A stretch of DNA of 63,744 nt, the filler included, from Octopus bimaculoides (taxonomy: Eukaryota), in the NCBI RefSeq assembly GCF_001194135.2. It is 9 parts of 8 records of this genome, joined end to end, with 100 filler letters (N's around TTAATTAATTAA, not from the genome) between each part and the next. Parts side by side here need not be neighbours in the genome. Positions count along the whole stretch, not along the records: positions 22,894 to 30,599 come from NC_068992.1; positions 30,700 to 43,322 come from NC_068983.1; 7 more parts are not named here. The stretch is one strand, 5' to 3'. How positions within the stretch are numbered: position 1 is the stretch's first letter; each line of letters begins with the position of its first letter. Shown here piece by piece: positions 24,435 to 37,364 of this stretch. The translations under genes and the position numbers were made by a program. Under the pieces are notes generated by a model. The model was given only the letters and a program-made list of their open reading frames with translations. It ran no database searches and was not told the origin of the DNA.

Positions 24435-24945
24435 TAGGTCTGTGAGTATTACGTAAGGCCAGGGGGAGGAGCGGTGACCTCCCTTGCAAATGCTATACGG
24501 ACACAAACTGTGTATCGATAGCCAGCTGGAGAAGATGTTTTTCTATGGCTAAAACAACAGTAACATTGTCCTTTATAGGACATTCTGTTGGCATATAAAC
24601 ATTACCATCCGGTATTCGTACTGTATATCTCTCGCTCAGAGATTTAAAACAAGTTGTTTCTTCTCTATACGAGATCAGTGATTGTGTGTCGCTTAAACAT
24701 TATATAGTATTTGCAGGTGGAGAGAAATTTCATCACTAGCTTGTCATTGTCTCACACTGAGGACGGATACCGTCCAGAAACCTAGGTCTGTGAAAATCAC
24801 GTAAAGCTAGGGATGGGAGCGCTGACTTCCCTTGCAAATGCTATACGGACACACACGTGTGTCGATATCCAGCTGGGGCTAAAACAACAGTAACATCGTC
24901 CTTTATAGGACTGCCACATTTTGTTGGCATATAAACATTACTATC
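24435..24945 (+). mobile_element. ~1.5-copy tandem repeat, period 348 bp, with a hammerhead motif at the junction: candidate non-LTR retrozyme / Penelope terminal repeat
   Basis: 24435-24609 is repeated at 24783-24945 (e.g. CCCTTGCAAATGCTATACGGACAC, GGCTAAAACAACAGTAACAT, GTTGGCATATAAACATTAC); both copies start at TAGGTCTGTGA. Confidence 0.65.
24752..24793 (+). ncRNA. Type I hammerhead ribozyme motif (possibly degenerate)
   Basis: TCACA (stem I) - CTGAGGA - CGGATACCGTCCA - GAAA - C CTAG G (stem III with palindromic loop) - TC, cleavage after 24788 - TGTGA (stem I). Stem II closing pair is non-canonical. Confidence 0.6.
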
Positions 24946-25060
24946 AGTTTACACGCTTAATCTTTAATTTCTCCTTTCGTTAATAAATAATGAATCTATT
25001 GAGCAATTAAGATTACTAATTTTGATTAAACAACGGAAGGTTAATATGGATATTACTACA

Positions 25061-25338
25061 CATAGCGAGTGGAAACTCAGAAGTGGTAAAATCCAAGCGC
25101 AGTGTATACCGCCTGTTACTCTTCAGGCCAAGCATATCTTCATTAGTTTAAAGGCTACATAGTTGCGAAGAGGTACGTGTTGACGCAAAGATTCAATCAG
25201 ATTGAATAGTTTGCGTCAACATGCACCTATTTGTGTCAACGTAGCCTTTAATCTAACCTAGATATCCTTAGCCTGAAGTGTAGCCGGCGGTATACATATC
25301 ACTTGGACTTAACCAATTCTGACGTTCTGCTCGCTATG
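25061..25338. repeat. ~278-bp imperfect palindrome (fold-back element) centred on 25199
   Basis: Centre GTTGACGCAAAGATTCAATC-A-GATTGAATAGTTTGCGTCAAC; outer paired blocks TTAAAGGCTAC/GTAGCCTTTAA, CTTCAGGC/GCCTGAAG, GTATACCGCC/GGCGGTATAC, CATAGCGAG/CTCGCTATG. Confidence 0.9.
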
Positions 25339-26509
25339 AAAGATATGTAGCGGTAGTTACACCCAGAGGGAAAGTGGAGACCAAAATCATCTGTATTGAT
25401 CATTTATGCATTTTGGCTCTTCTTGTCGTATCCATATTCATAAGGATGTAACTTTCGTTTTTGAAAATTCTTTAATTTTATGTTACCTATAAACAAGATG
25501 TAGCAAATATCGAATTATAAAACGAAACTAACTTATTTTTTATCACTGCATTTATTTGTGTATCTCTTTCTATTTATGTGACATTGGCATTATCTAAAGA
25601 AAAATTGGTTTTCTGAAGTATTCTCCATATATTTAATATTTAGTGATTACAAGTAAATTCCTATAGTTAGGCATATACTTTTTTGTTTAACAGTTTTAAA
25701 ATTCAACATTACCTTATATGTAGGTAGACATAAAAATATTATTTCACTTTTTTACTAAAACAATTTTTCATATAATTTCAAAACTTCATTCATAAATAAA
25801 ATATTTAATATTTATGTAAATTACAATATTGTCACAATGTATATTATGCATAAATCGGCATCATTAACAGTCAATTAGGAAACCAAGTGAAATTTCTATA
25901 ATTAAGAATATTGCACTTAATTAACTCTGTAAATTTCGTGATTCTCTATATGACGTATTTATTGATTTCCATTTTTTTCTCTAACTGTCATGGTACTACA
26001 CATTATTGGTTATAGTTAGCTTCTTTACTTATAGGCTAATTGTAAAGGAATCGATCCATTTTGGGTGGGGGTGAAGGGAATACCGGAAAGCGTACAGTTT
26101 TGTATAAACCTCGAAAATAATGTGGTCTATCTTGTATGCATCCCTGGACGTATAAACTTAAATGCCTGAAATTTTTCATAGTCAGAAGATAAATGTAAAC
26201 GTTTTCTCGGAATAAAGCTAACTGGTTTTAAAATATCAATCAATGTTGTTTAAGTGGGTGATCTTTGCTGCATATCGTCAATATTCGATTCAATGCAACA
26301 ACAATGTTTATTCCGATGCTCCATTTAACATTCGGGATACGATAAAACTTTAACCTGTGTCTATTTCAGTTGAAGTTCTCAGGTCTTTGTGGGAGATGGA
26401 CATACTAAAAAGCAATTGTATTTCATATGGTACTGGTATGATTAATCAAAGTTCTGTTTTTTTTAAGCTCATTGCTCCCAAAGGGGTGTTGTTGACTTTA
26501 CTCTCCGAG

Positions 26510-26661
26510 GTCACAGAAACATAAACACACCAGCCTCGGTTGTCAAACGATGGCGGGGTGAAAAACACAGGCACACACATACACAGACACACACACGCAC
26601 GCACGGACACACACACATACACACACACACACACACACTCACACACACAAATATTTATATA

Positions 26662-26717
<56 letters not shown>

Positions 26718-26884
26718 TACATATATATACACGACGGACTTCCGGATTCCGTCTACCAAATTCACTCACAAGGATTTGGTCACCTTAAGGTATAGTAGAA
26801 GACGTTTGCTCAAGGTGTCGGGCTTTGGAACTGAACCCCGTCTACGTGGTTGGAAAGCTAGCATCTTACCACACAGCTACGCCT
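26510..26884 (-). mobile_element. SINE family A copy
   Basis: Family A body and head, reverse orientation, with expanded internal microsatellite. Confidence 0.8.
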
Positions 26885-26989
26885 TCACTTATATATAAAG
26901 GGTTTTAGGTAAAGCCAGAACAATGTGAAGTAAATGCAAGGCAAATCACAAGGAGACAAATATATGAATTAATGTAGACTTTCCTTGCA

Positions 26990-27610
26990 TTCAGCATTTC
27001 ATGGTTATGACCCCATTCTTTGGAAATTAATAAATGTTGCAGATGTACATGTGTGTGAGTGTGTCTGCATGTGCAGTTGTCTTCTTGTGCTTCCTCTGCA
27101 GAATTCCCACATTTGCCACAGATGATCTCGTATATAACATAGGTCCTCTCGTATATTTCAGGATCATTGATGGGGCCGTTGGATAATGTGCACTCCTCGC
27201 AGTAGTGAAAGGTTTTGTTCGTGGACAGAGCTTTTCTCGAGGATGGGCCGGTGTGCACTATCTGTATGTCGTGTCCGTCCCTAAGAACTGCGAGTTGTAT
27301 CCCTGCAGTAGTTCTGTCATCAAAATGTGGTAGCTATAGGAAGCACGTGCCGGAGTTGGGGGTATGATGGTTCTTTCGGGGTTTATTAACCTTGATGTTT
27401 TTAGGCGCCGTTGTTTGGCTAAAGATGATGGGTAGCCATTTAGGATTTCGTCTCTGTAGATGGATTTGTATATAATGCAGAATTATTTCCCTTTCTCTGA
27501 AGGTGGGTAGAGGAAGTTCTTGTTTGCAAGGTCAGGAGTTTGGATTTAGTAAGATTGCGTGATGTGGAATGGCGTTTATCTAATATGTGAAGTATAGAAT
27601 ACTAGAGTCT
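26990..27610 (-). mobile_element. Penelope-like element fragment (end of RT, linker, start of GIY-YIG endonuclease), frameshifted
   Basis: IYKSIYRDEILNGYPSSL (PLE L..NGYP motif), then DIQIVHTGPSSRKAL..CEECTLSNGP..ERTYVIYEIICGKCG (Cys pair, VIY and CxxC preceding YIG). Confidence 0.7.
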
Positions 27611-27764
27611 AGCTAGTTTGGTGCTAAGATCGGGATTGTGAGGGGGAGGATAGAGTGGGTTATCCAGGTGGTTGACTGAAACCCAGACCTTTTTTCTATA
27701 TAAATAAATAAATATATATACATACATACATACACATATAATATATACTTTATACACACACACA

Positions 27765-27798
<34 letters not shown>

Positions 27799-29194
27799 NN
27801 NNNNNNNNNNNNNNNNNNNNNNNNNNNNNNNNNNNNNNNNNNNNNNNNNNNNNNNNNNNNNNNNNNNNNNNNNNNNNNNNNNNNNNNNNNNNNNNNNNNN
27901 NNNNNNNNNNNNNNNNNNNNNNNNNNNNNNNNNNNNNNNNNNNNNNNNNNNNNNNNNNNNNNNNNNNNNNNNNNNNNNNNNNNNNNNNNNNNNNNNNNNN
28001 NNNNNNNNNNNNNNNNNNNNNNNNNNNNNNNNNNNNNNNNNNNNNNNNNNNNNNNNNNNNNNNNNNNNNNNNNNNNNNNNNNNNNNNNNNNNNNNNNNNN
28101 NNNNNNNNNNNNNNNNNNNNNNNNNNNNNNNNNNNATTCATATTATTGAAGATTGATTTCTTTTATTTAGTTGAAAACTTGATATAATTTGCCTTTTTAA
28201 TATAGAAATTAATAACGTTCTTTTGAAACGACAGCTTTTGACCAGGAATGAATTCATATCATTGATTTCTATATCTTTAGTTTAAAACATATTTTTTTCT
28301 AAAATACAATATTTGAAAGACGCCTTGCGTTTTATTCTCGCATACTTCCCATATAATGGGAAATAATTAAGGCAATAGAAGACATTTTTCTTTAAACATT
28401 TGATGTCACTTGTTATTGTTTTCAAAGAAGACTTGTCAAATCAATAAATAAATATTAAAAAAAAATTAAAACAAATAATTAGAATGTAATTCGGCTTTCT
28501 TAAACAACAACTGATGACGTGAGGCCATAAGAAGTTAAATTCATTTCTCTATTATTAAAAGCTGCACAGCTTTGAATCATATCTTTGTTAGAGGGGTGCG
28601 ATTTTATAAGAATTATTTTCTCATGTAATATCTTTTTTCTTTTCTTTTTCTCCTTTTGATTCCTTTCGCTAGAATTTTAAGTTATTAGCATCAATATATA
28701 AGTTCTTTTGTTGTGGTTTACAAGTTTATATAGTGACTATCTTCAGTGCAGATAATAAAACAATGAGATTAGAATTTGTTTTAGTGAATGCAGGATTTAT
28801 TTTCTTCCTGATTTTATTTCAAAATGCTAACTATATGTCATAAATAAGCACGGACCAGATAAATTAATATTTAGACATATTAATTTATGTGTATCCCGTT
28901 TAAACATACCTTATAACTTATATGAATATTCTTGTGAAAATAGACGTAAGTTTATATATGGATATTCGATGAAACCATTCCTAGTAATAGACATGTATAG
29001 AGCAGAGATCATTTAGCATGACTTTTTATATATTTTACATATGAAATAATCATACACACTTATTATATACACATACATACAGACATACACAGGCACACAA
29101 ATTTAAGTGTCTTAGTGTTTGGGTGGGGAATATGTTTTCGCGTGTATGTGCACATTTATGTATGTATATATCCTTTCTACGATAGGAATGAGGC

Positions 29195-29385
29195 ATGCAA
29201 TTTGGGGGAAGGGATATGTCGATTACATCTGACCCCAGTGATTGAATGTTACTTACTTATCGACCCTGAAAAGATGAGAGGGAAGTCGAGCTCGGCAGAA
29301 TTTTAGCTCAGAATGTAAAGACAGACGAAATGCCGCTAAGCATTTTGTCGGACGTGTTAACGATTCTGCCGATTGGCCACCATTA
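29195..29385 (-). mobile_element. SINE family B copy
   Basis: Reverse-complement core match. Confidence 0.75.
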
Positions 29386-29454
29386 TATATGTATATCTTA
29401 TGCAAAAACTCTTAGTTAGGTGTTAGTACCACAATCCTAATCGAACCCTCGATA

Positions 29455-29505
29455 GTGAAATGGATTCCTAAGTGAAATGGATTCCTAAATGAAATGGATT
29501 CCTAA
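29455..29505. repeat. 17-bp tandem repeat x3 (GTGAAATGGATTCCTAA)
   Basis: Read directly. Confidence 0.95.
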
Positions 29506-29796
29506 GGAGCCTCATTTTAATGAACTCTAGTTTACACAAATAAAAACGAACAAGTTTAAGCGTCTCTCCTCCAGATATTACATCCTTGCTACACAGAAAA
29601 GACCGTTAAGGTATGTTGTATGCCGATACTTCATGCTAGTTTATGAATAATGGTTAGTGCATTGTGGCAGAATTCTACACATACACACAGAAGCATGTGA
29701 GCGTGTATGTTTACATATGAATGATGTACTTTTATATGTATCATTCGATATACGATAATTTTCTTATCTATATTTTATATATGTTTTCATATTTGC

Positions 29797-29995
29797 AGAA
29801 TCATTAGCACGCCGGGCGAAATGCTTAGAAATATTTTGTCTGCCGCTACGTTCTGAGTTCAAATTCAGCCGAGGTCGACTTTGCCTTTCATCCTTTCGGG
29901 GTCGATTAAATAAGTACCATTTACACACTTAATCCCTTTGTCTGTGCTTGTGTGTCCCTTATATGTTCAGCCCCTTGTGTGTAATAAAGAATTGA
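29797..29995 (+). mobile_element. SINE family B copy
   Basis: GCAGAATCATTAGCACGCCGGGCGAAATGCTTAG...CCTTTCGGGGTCGATTAAATAAGTACC. Confidence 0.8.
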
Positions 29996-31281
29996 ATATG
30001 GTTTGATGTCTTTTTCTGAATTTTACAGCAATACTTAAAGCAGTTCTTCACTCTAAGTCCAAATGATGAAAATATTTTTGCCTTGTTATTTTGCTTTGCC
30101 TTAGTGAAATTGCTTCCTCGTCATCATCATCATCATGGATTAATAACGTTTTTTTTTTCCTTCTGGCATATATTGGACCATTCGATAGGAATCGACGGGC
30201 GAGAGAACTGCACCTAGCTGCAATATTTGACTGTCGTGATTATCACAGTCGGATAGCTTTGCTAATGCAAGCTACTTTCCACAGTATAATTTTATGAAGA
30301 TAGCATTGTAATCATTTCAATCATTCCATTGTCAAAATGGAAAATGTAGTGCATTTTTTCGAAACAAACTTATTAGCGTCCAGTTAATCACTATACATAT
30401 CCATCATTTTCTGTTAAAATGTCTTATTGACGCGTTTCATTTCTTCATTTCCCTGAAGAGAAGATTTCATTGCGTGACATCATTTTATTCCTTTGAAATA
30501 ACACGAGTGAGTGATATCTTCGAAACATGTGTCGGAAGTAAAAGAATTTGAATAACACCTGCGCTTAGCCCCATTTATATATATGTATATATATATATAN
30601 NNNNNNNNNNNNNNNNNNNNNNNNNNNNNNNNNNNNNNNNNNNTTAATTAATTAANNNNNNNNNNNNNNNNNNNNNNNNNNNNNNNNNNNNNNNNNNNNT
30701 AATTTATAAATATATGCATATATCCATACACATATGTACATACCTACATCTATATGTATACATATATGCATATATGGCATATATAGCACGTGTACCTAGC
30801 GTTCATAATATTTTTTCTATCGTCTTGACTCAACAGCCCTCACCGTTTGCTTTTACTGTCTTGTTCTCACTGTCCTGTTCTTGTTAACACTTTCACCCTC
30901 CGCAAAATATCGCAAATTATATTTAATTTGCTTTGCAGGAAGGACTGTTCCAATGAAGTCGCGTATTGTCCTTGCCCTCGTAACGCGGAGTAGAAGGGGT
31001 ATACTCTTTAGTTTGCATGTCTCGTTTTTCTGTTCGTCTTTTTCGTTATTCGAAAAAAGTTCGTTTTCTGTTTTCGTTTTTATGTTTTCTTTTCGCATTG
31101 TGTTTAACGCTTTTTTTTAATTTCCAGTACCCATATATGCATGTATGTATATATATAAATGTAGGTATGTACATATATGCATGGATATATGCATATATTT
31201 ATATATTATTTATATTATTATATGATCGAACGCCACGCATCCTTTTCCAAATAAGTTATATATATGCATGCGCGTGTGTGA

Positions 31282-31316
<35 letters not shown>

Positions 31317-32469
31317 TGGTGACATGCGGATGTTATGCAAGAAGAAGACTAAAATGCATTTATCTAAAACAATCATGAAAGGAATAATCAAGAAGTTTTC
31401 CTTATTTCAGGGAAATAATACAAAGAGAAAATAGTTGAAATGAGCGATATTCGTGGAAGGAGAAACTCGAAAGTAACAATTGCGAGAAAGCTTAAAACTA
31501 AGCGATAGAATATCATGCTTAATCGTTGGCAAATCCCAATGTATGAAAAATGGATAGAAATAGATAAGAAAATGTCACAGCACTAAATGTGAAGTTCATT
31601 GCTTGATGGTGGGAAAGAAGAATTAAAAGTTATCGATTAGAAAGAAAAAAAAGCTTACAAGATAGGATACAGTAACTAAATATAAAGTATGTAGAAAGTG
31701 AGGAAACAAATTATACACGTTGTTTTAGGTTGCCAGCTCTTCACCTAAAGGAATATATCTACATATATGAATGATTAGGGACTTTCCTGTTTTGGAGACT
31801 TTGTCAGCATAACGAAATACCAACAGAAAAGAGTTGACATGAGTATATATCGGAAATTTCATCAGTTAATGACGAGACATAAGGGATATAAGTTGCGGTT
31901 TTAACATTCTAATTTCAAATTTCTTTTGATGACAGTTTTGCATTTCAAGTTTCCAGTGCCAGTGAAATAAAGTACCAGCCACGTACAGTAACGTGATTTT
32001 GTGCCCTCGAACATTGTAAAACTTAACATAATTAGTCTGCAACTTGATCTCTGATAACTACGTTTTTGTTTCTTTCAAGATACTGAGTGGGAGATGCCGG
32101 TAAGATAGAAAGATCAATGTTTGTGTGAAAGAGTAAAAGCAAATAATGATAGGTACAATGCATTATAATGGTCTGTCTTAATTTTCCCGACGTACAAATT
32201 ATTGTTGTTCCGGCTTTGAAATCGCTTTCCCTTATAATCAATCTTTGCGTACCAAAAACTATTCTGTTTTAAAATATCATGTTAAAAAAATTTTTACTGA
32301 ATGCACAGCTAACGAAGTGAAAGCAATTTTTAAATTGTAAATTTCTTAGAACACTGGGCTATGTTGTATGATATTTTCAGTGTCACTGAGTTCCATAAAA
32401 TAAAAGATCGTTGTGAAATGATAGGGTTTTCAAGAGTTACTGGTATAATATATTCAATCCTAATCTAGG

Positions 32470-32660
32470 CACAAGGTGAGAATGTTTGGGGAAGGGACCA
32501 GTCGATTAAATGGACCAAGACGCAACTGGTACTTAATTTATCGACCCTGAAAAGATAAAAGGCAAAGTTGACCTCGGCGGAATTTGAACTCAAAACGGAA
32601 AGATAGACGAAATACCACTAAGCATTTCGCCCAACATGCTGATGTTTCTGCCAGTTTGTC
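32470..32660 (-). mobile_element. SINE family B copy
   Basis: Reverse-complement core match. Confidence 0.75.
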
Positions 32661-33412
32661 ACATTGCTGCTAAAATATATTGATAAAGTAGTCACTATAG
32701 ATCTGGAATTAAAGGTTGATTCTACTGTACTAACGGAAAGTATATCGTTGTACTCGGTATGCATTTGTGTGTGTGATTACAATTATTGAGATTTCTCTTG
32801 GTTTTACATTTAAACAAATCTGCGACAGAGAGAAAATAAAAAACATTAATCACATAGCGATTTCTCATTGATATAGTTTATAATTTTCTATTTCTCTGTT
32901 GAGAGTACCGGGAAAGAATCAATTGGAAAGTTAATGTAAACAAAGATTATGTTAAAAAATATCTGATGAGATTGTTATTATGATTTAGCTTACGAAAAGA
33001 AAATATTTGAAAGACAATATTGACGCTTTTAAAACCGAATTCACATGGATATATTCCAGAAAGACCATAATGCTTTTAGAGATTGCAATATTATGTACAA
33101 ATTAGATTGAAATGTTTAGATAATGAACAGATCTGTAGTTTATTATAGTATTGGGAATATTTTCACATCAGTCGTGTCCAATGCCCACAGGAAACTAATT
33201 GCATTTTTTTTCGCGCAATTTAGCAAATTGATTATATCAGAATATTAAATACGAGATAATTGAATGTCAAAAGAATATTGAATTTGATACTGTCATGAGG
33301 ATACATACATACATATGCATATGTATGTATATATATATATTCATATACACACACAAACACACATAGGCATATATACATGCATGCATGTATACGTGTGTAT
33401 GTGTGTATATAT

Positions 33413-33528
<116 letters not shown>

Positions 33529-35399
33529 ACTTACAAGCTCGCAATCGCACACAAGCATGCACACATATAATTAGCAGATTTTTGTAGATATATAAAGACC
33601 AAAACACATGAAGAGAGTCAGATATTTTGAATTTTATCAACAATATTTTATTGCACAAGAGTTCCTTTCTGTACAGAATGCGGTGGAATATATTTATACT
33701 TACCTAAACTACGGTGTATGTAAAATAAGCCTCATTAAACTAATCAGATATTTTTTGTTTGAAACTACTTTCCGTGTTAGGTGTGTAGCTCACATTTTCT
33801 CCCTTACAGGAAAAGACATGATTCATGTAACCTCTGCGTTATAAAAAATCATCAACAAGTATGTTACATCATTTTTGCTAATATAGATAACTGCCTTTAA
33901 CCCTTTCGGAGTTGATGAAATTAGTACAAGTTGAACACTGGGGTTGATGTAGTCGATTTACCCCCTCCTCCGTAATTGCTTGCTTTCAAATCAAAGTTTG
34001 AAATTAATTCCTAACATCAGGCTACAACAAGTAACCTCAGATGCTAAGAACCCCGGCAACTATTCCAGTTGTTCCTAATAACACTGTTTTCTGGAGCTGT
34101 TTTATGCTTCTTTCTTCTGTCCATGTGTTCAGATCTTCAGGGATAGTTTCTGATACACCTATAACTACGGAGATACACTTTATTTGCACATTCCGTAATT
34201 TGTTACTCAATTGCTAGAACCTAGTACTTTGCTATTTTCTCATATTGACTTTCTTATCATTTATTGTTGCTATTGTTGTTGTTGTTAGGATGGTGAGCTA
34301 GCAGAATCGTTTTAACGCCGGACAAAATGCTTAGTGGCACCTGTCGACGTTTAAATGCAAGAAAGTATTTGTTATCCCGCACAGATCATGAAACTTTTGC
34401 AACAATATTTGCATGGTGTACAATTATGAGTAGCCACAGTTAATGACGCTGCTTAGTAAAATGACAAATTTTGATATCAGTAGAAACGTGTACTATGCAG
34501 CCGATTTTATCCTGCATAACTAATATTAACACACAAGTCAACTGATTAAGATTCGTTAAATAACTGTCAAATTTAAATTGCATCAAAACAGCATTTCTCA
34601 TACCTTACGTTTCATCATTTTAAAGCAAATCCTGTTTCAAATTACTCTGTTAATGTTATCTCCATATCTCTAATAAAGTTAGAATTCCTGTTAACATGGG
34701 AGATATTAATATTCACTAAAGTCAACAAAGCATGAAACAAAGCTCAGATGCAAGTTATGAAATATCTCCATATCTTCAAAAATCCATTCCAATGCAACGT
34801 AATGTCAAAGAGGATTGTTCCTAGATAAGCTCAGTTGACAAATTAACATTCAATATTTTCTCCAGCATTGTTTTACAAGGCGGTCAAAATTAGTTAAAGG
34901 ATTATGAATTTAACGGTAAGAAAGCTTCTTAAATGGCAAATCAATATCGATTCAAAGGGAAGTTTAAAAGAATAAAGTAAAGTTCCTGGAACGCTAGAGT
35001 CGGTTATTGATTCTGAGGTGAACCATTCATTTTTAAGGGATGGTTATCGATAGAAGACAATTGAATATCTTTATTATATTTTGGAATACAACCAAACCGT
35101 TATTAATAATAAAATGTTCACATCTCGCTATTTTCCCTTTTAGTACAAGACTGTATTTCTTTCATAAGTTGTTCTACAGAGTTCGGTACCATGATTGTAT
35201 GGCCACAAATACAAGTATTATCAAGGAACTAAATTGTAAATTCATCTGGCAAACTTCTAACAGCGCTATCAATTGCTTAAATGAGAAGCACCAGACCTAA
35301 CATATCTCCACGTTGGACTCCTGATTCAGACGTTATCTGCATGAATGACAGATGAGATGACAATAAATAAGAAAGTTTATTAAAGCGCTGTTTAACAAC

Positions 35400-36150
35400 G
35401 ACGAATTCGTTTTCTTCGACGAAATGAAGCAAAAACGTTTCAAATACTCACGGAGTTACTGATAGCGTGCATTGTAGCCTAGCGTACTAGGAATATAACA
35501 GCACACACAATGAAAGGTAACAAGGGAAACACGGTGACAAAACTTAATTAAATTGTAAGTCACAATTTGACTTGACAGGAGCAATCAAATTTGTTCCAAA
35601 GAAAATAGCAAAGTTTGATGAGATATTTTGTAAATGAATGATACCAGAGAGAAATAGATGTCGTTCGTGTGTTGTGGCTTGAGTGTATCAAGATCGAATA
35701 TACGAGCCATTAAGGAAAAGATAAAAAAGAAAAAAAATCGTTTCTTCTACATGCTCTAATAAGAATGACGAATTTTGATGTACGACGGTATCACACCGTT
35801 CCAAGTTTCGAGGTGCATGACAATTGTTTGAAATTAACACTATAAGAGATTCAGATGAAACACGAATTAGAGAAATATTTGTGCTCAAATGATCATATTC
35901 GATCAATTTCAATTTTCCTGCACTTCTTTTGAGGAGGCTAGTTCGAATGACGTGGAGTTTTTTCGGGGTGAAACTCTTGCCTCCGTATCGATCGAAATCA
36001 CATCCATGGATAAAATTACTTTAAACTGCTTCATTATGAGTGAAAGCAATGATTGATCTTCAAGCTCAACGGATTAAAACATTGTGCACAAAGGAAAAGC
36101 TAGTTACCGTTGTCAATCGAACAGTGGTCTTAAAACGCAAACGTTATGCA
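35400..36150 (+). pseudogene. Possible highly decayed Tc1-like transposase
   Basis: Only fragments: FVFFDEMKQKRF (cf. VFSDEK.F) near 35405 and VKLLPPY near 35965 (cf. WPP.SPDLNP); many stops. Confidence 0.3.
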
Positions 36151-36418
36151 CAGCTTAATGAGTAATCGAGCAAACTGAGTTTAAGCAACGTTTGATATTC
36201 TAAAATTTAGGCATTTAATATGCTACAAATTTTGCAAAATTTTCTGATTTTTAAAGACAATTTTACTGTTAATTCAAGTTCAGTTATTAAGTAGAAACTT
36301 TTACGTTGATGCTCGGAAAAGGGATGTTAAAATTGATTGTGTTGATATGCAGTCGCTTTAAGGTACGTTACTTAAATGTAAATCACAAATATTCAACACA
36401 ACAAAATAAATTTTGAGA

Positions 36419-36578
36419 CGCAGGAGTGGTTGTGTGGTAAGTAGCTTGCTTTCGAACCACATGATTTCGGGTTCATTCCCACTGCGTGGCAACTTTGGCA
36501 AGTGTCCTCTACTATAGCCTCGGGCCGACCAAATCCTTGTGAGTGGATTTGGTAGGCGGAAACTGAAAGAAGCTTGTC

Positions 36579-36590
<12 letters not shown>
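36419..36590 (+). mobile_element. SINE family A, 5' half (rest in gap)
   Basis: GCAGGAGTGGTTGTGTGGTAAGTAGCTTGC...GGAAACTGAAAGAAGCTTGTCG. Confidence 0.85.
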
Positions 36591-36609
<19 letters not shown>

Positions 36610-37328
36610 NNNNNNNNNNNNNNNNNNNNNNNNNNNNNNNNNNNNNNNNNNNNNNNNNNNNNNNNNNNNNNNNNNNNNNNNNNNNNNNNNNNNNNNNNNN
36701 NNNNNNNNNNNNNNNNNNNNNNNNNNNNNNNNNNNNNNNNNNNNNNNNNNNNNNNNNNNNNNNNNNNNNNNNNNNNNNNNNNNNNNNNNNNNNNNNNNNN
36801 NNNNNNNNNNNNNNNNNNNNNNNNNNNNNNNNNNNNNNNNNNNNNNNNNNNNNNNNNNNNNNNNNNNNNNNNNNNNNNNNNNNNNNNNNNNNNNNNNNNN
36901 NNNNNNNNNNNNNNNNNNNNNNNNNNNNNNNNNNNNNNNNNNNNNNNNNNNNNNNNNNNNNNNNNNNNNNNNNNNNNNNNNNNNNNNNNNNNNNNNNNNN
37001 NNNNNNNNNNNNNNNNNNNNNNNNNNNNNNNNNNNNNNNNNNNNNNNNNNNNNNNNNNNNNNNNNNNNNNNNNNNNNNNNNNNNNNNNNNNNNNNNNNNN
37101 NNNNNNNNNNNNNNNNNNNNNNNNNNNNNNNNNNNNNNNNNNNNNNNNNNNNNNNNNNNNNNNNNNNNNNNNNNNNNNNNNNNNNNNNNNNNNNNNNNNN
37201 NNNNNNNNNNNNNNNNNNNNNNNNNNNNNNNNNNNNNNNNNNNNNNNNNNNNNNNNNNNNNNNNNNNNNNNNNNNNNNNNNNNNNNNNNNNNNNNNNNNN
37301 NNNNNNNNNNNNNNNNNNNNTATATATA

Positions 37329-37364
<36 letters not shown>

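Noticed and set aside
27620-27700. LDNPLYPPPHNPDL peptide as a mariner YSPDL motif
   Set aside because: Too short, and no other transposase motif nearby in any frame I read.
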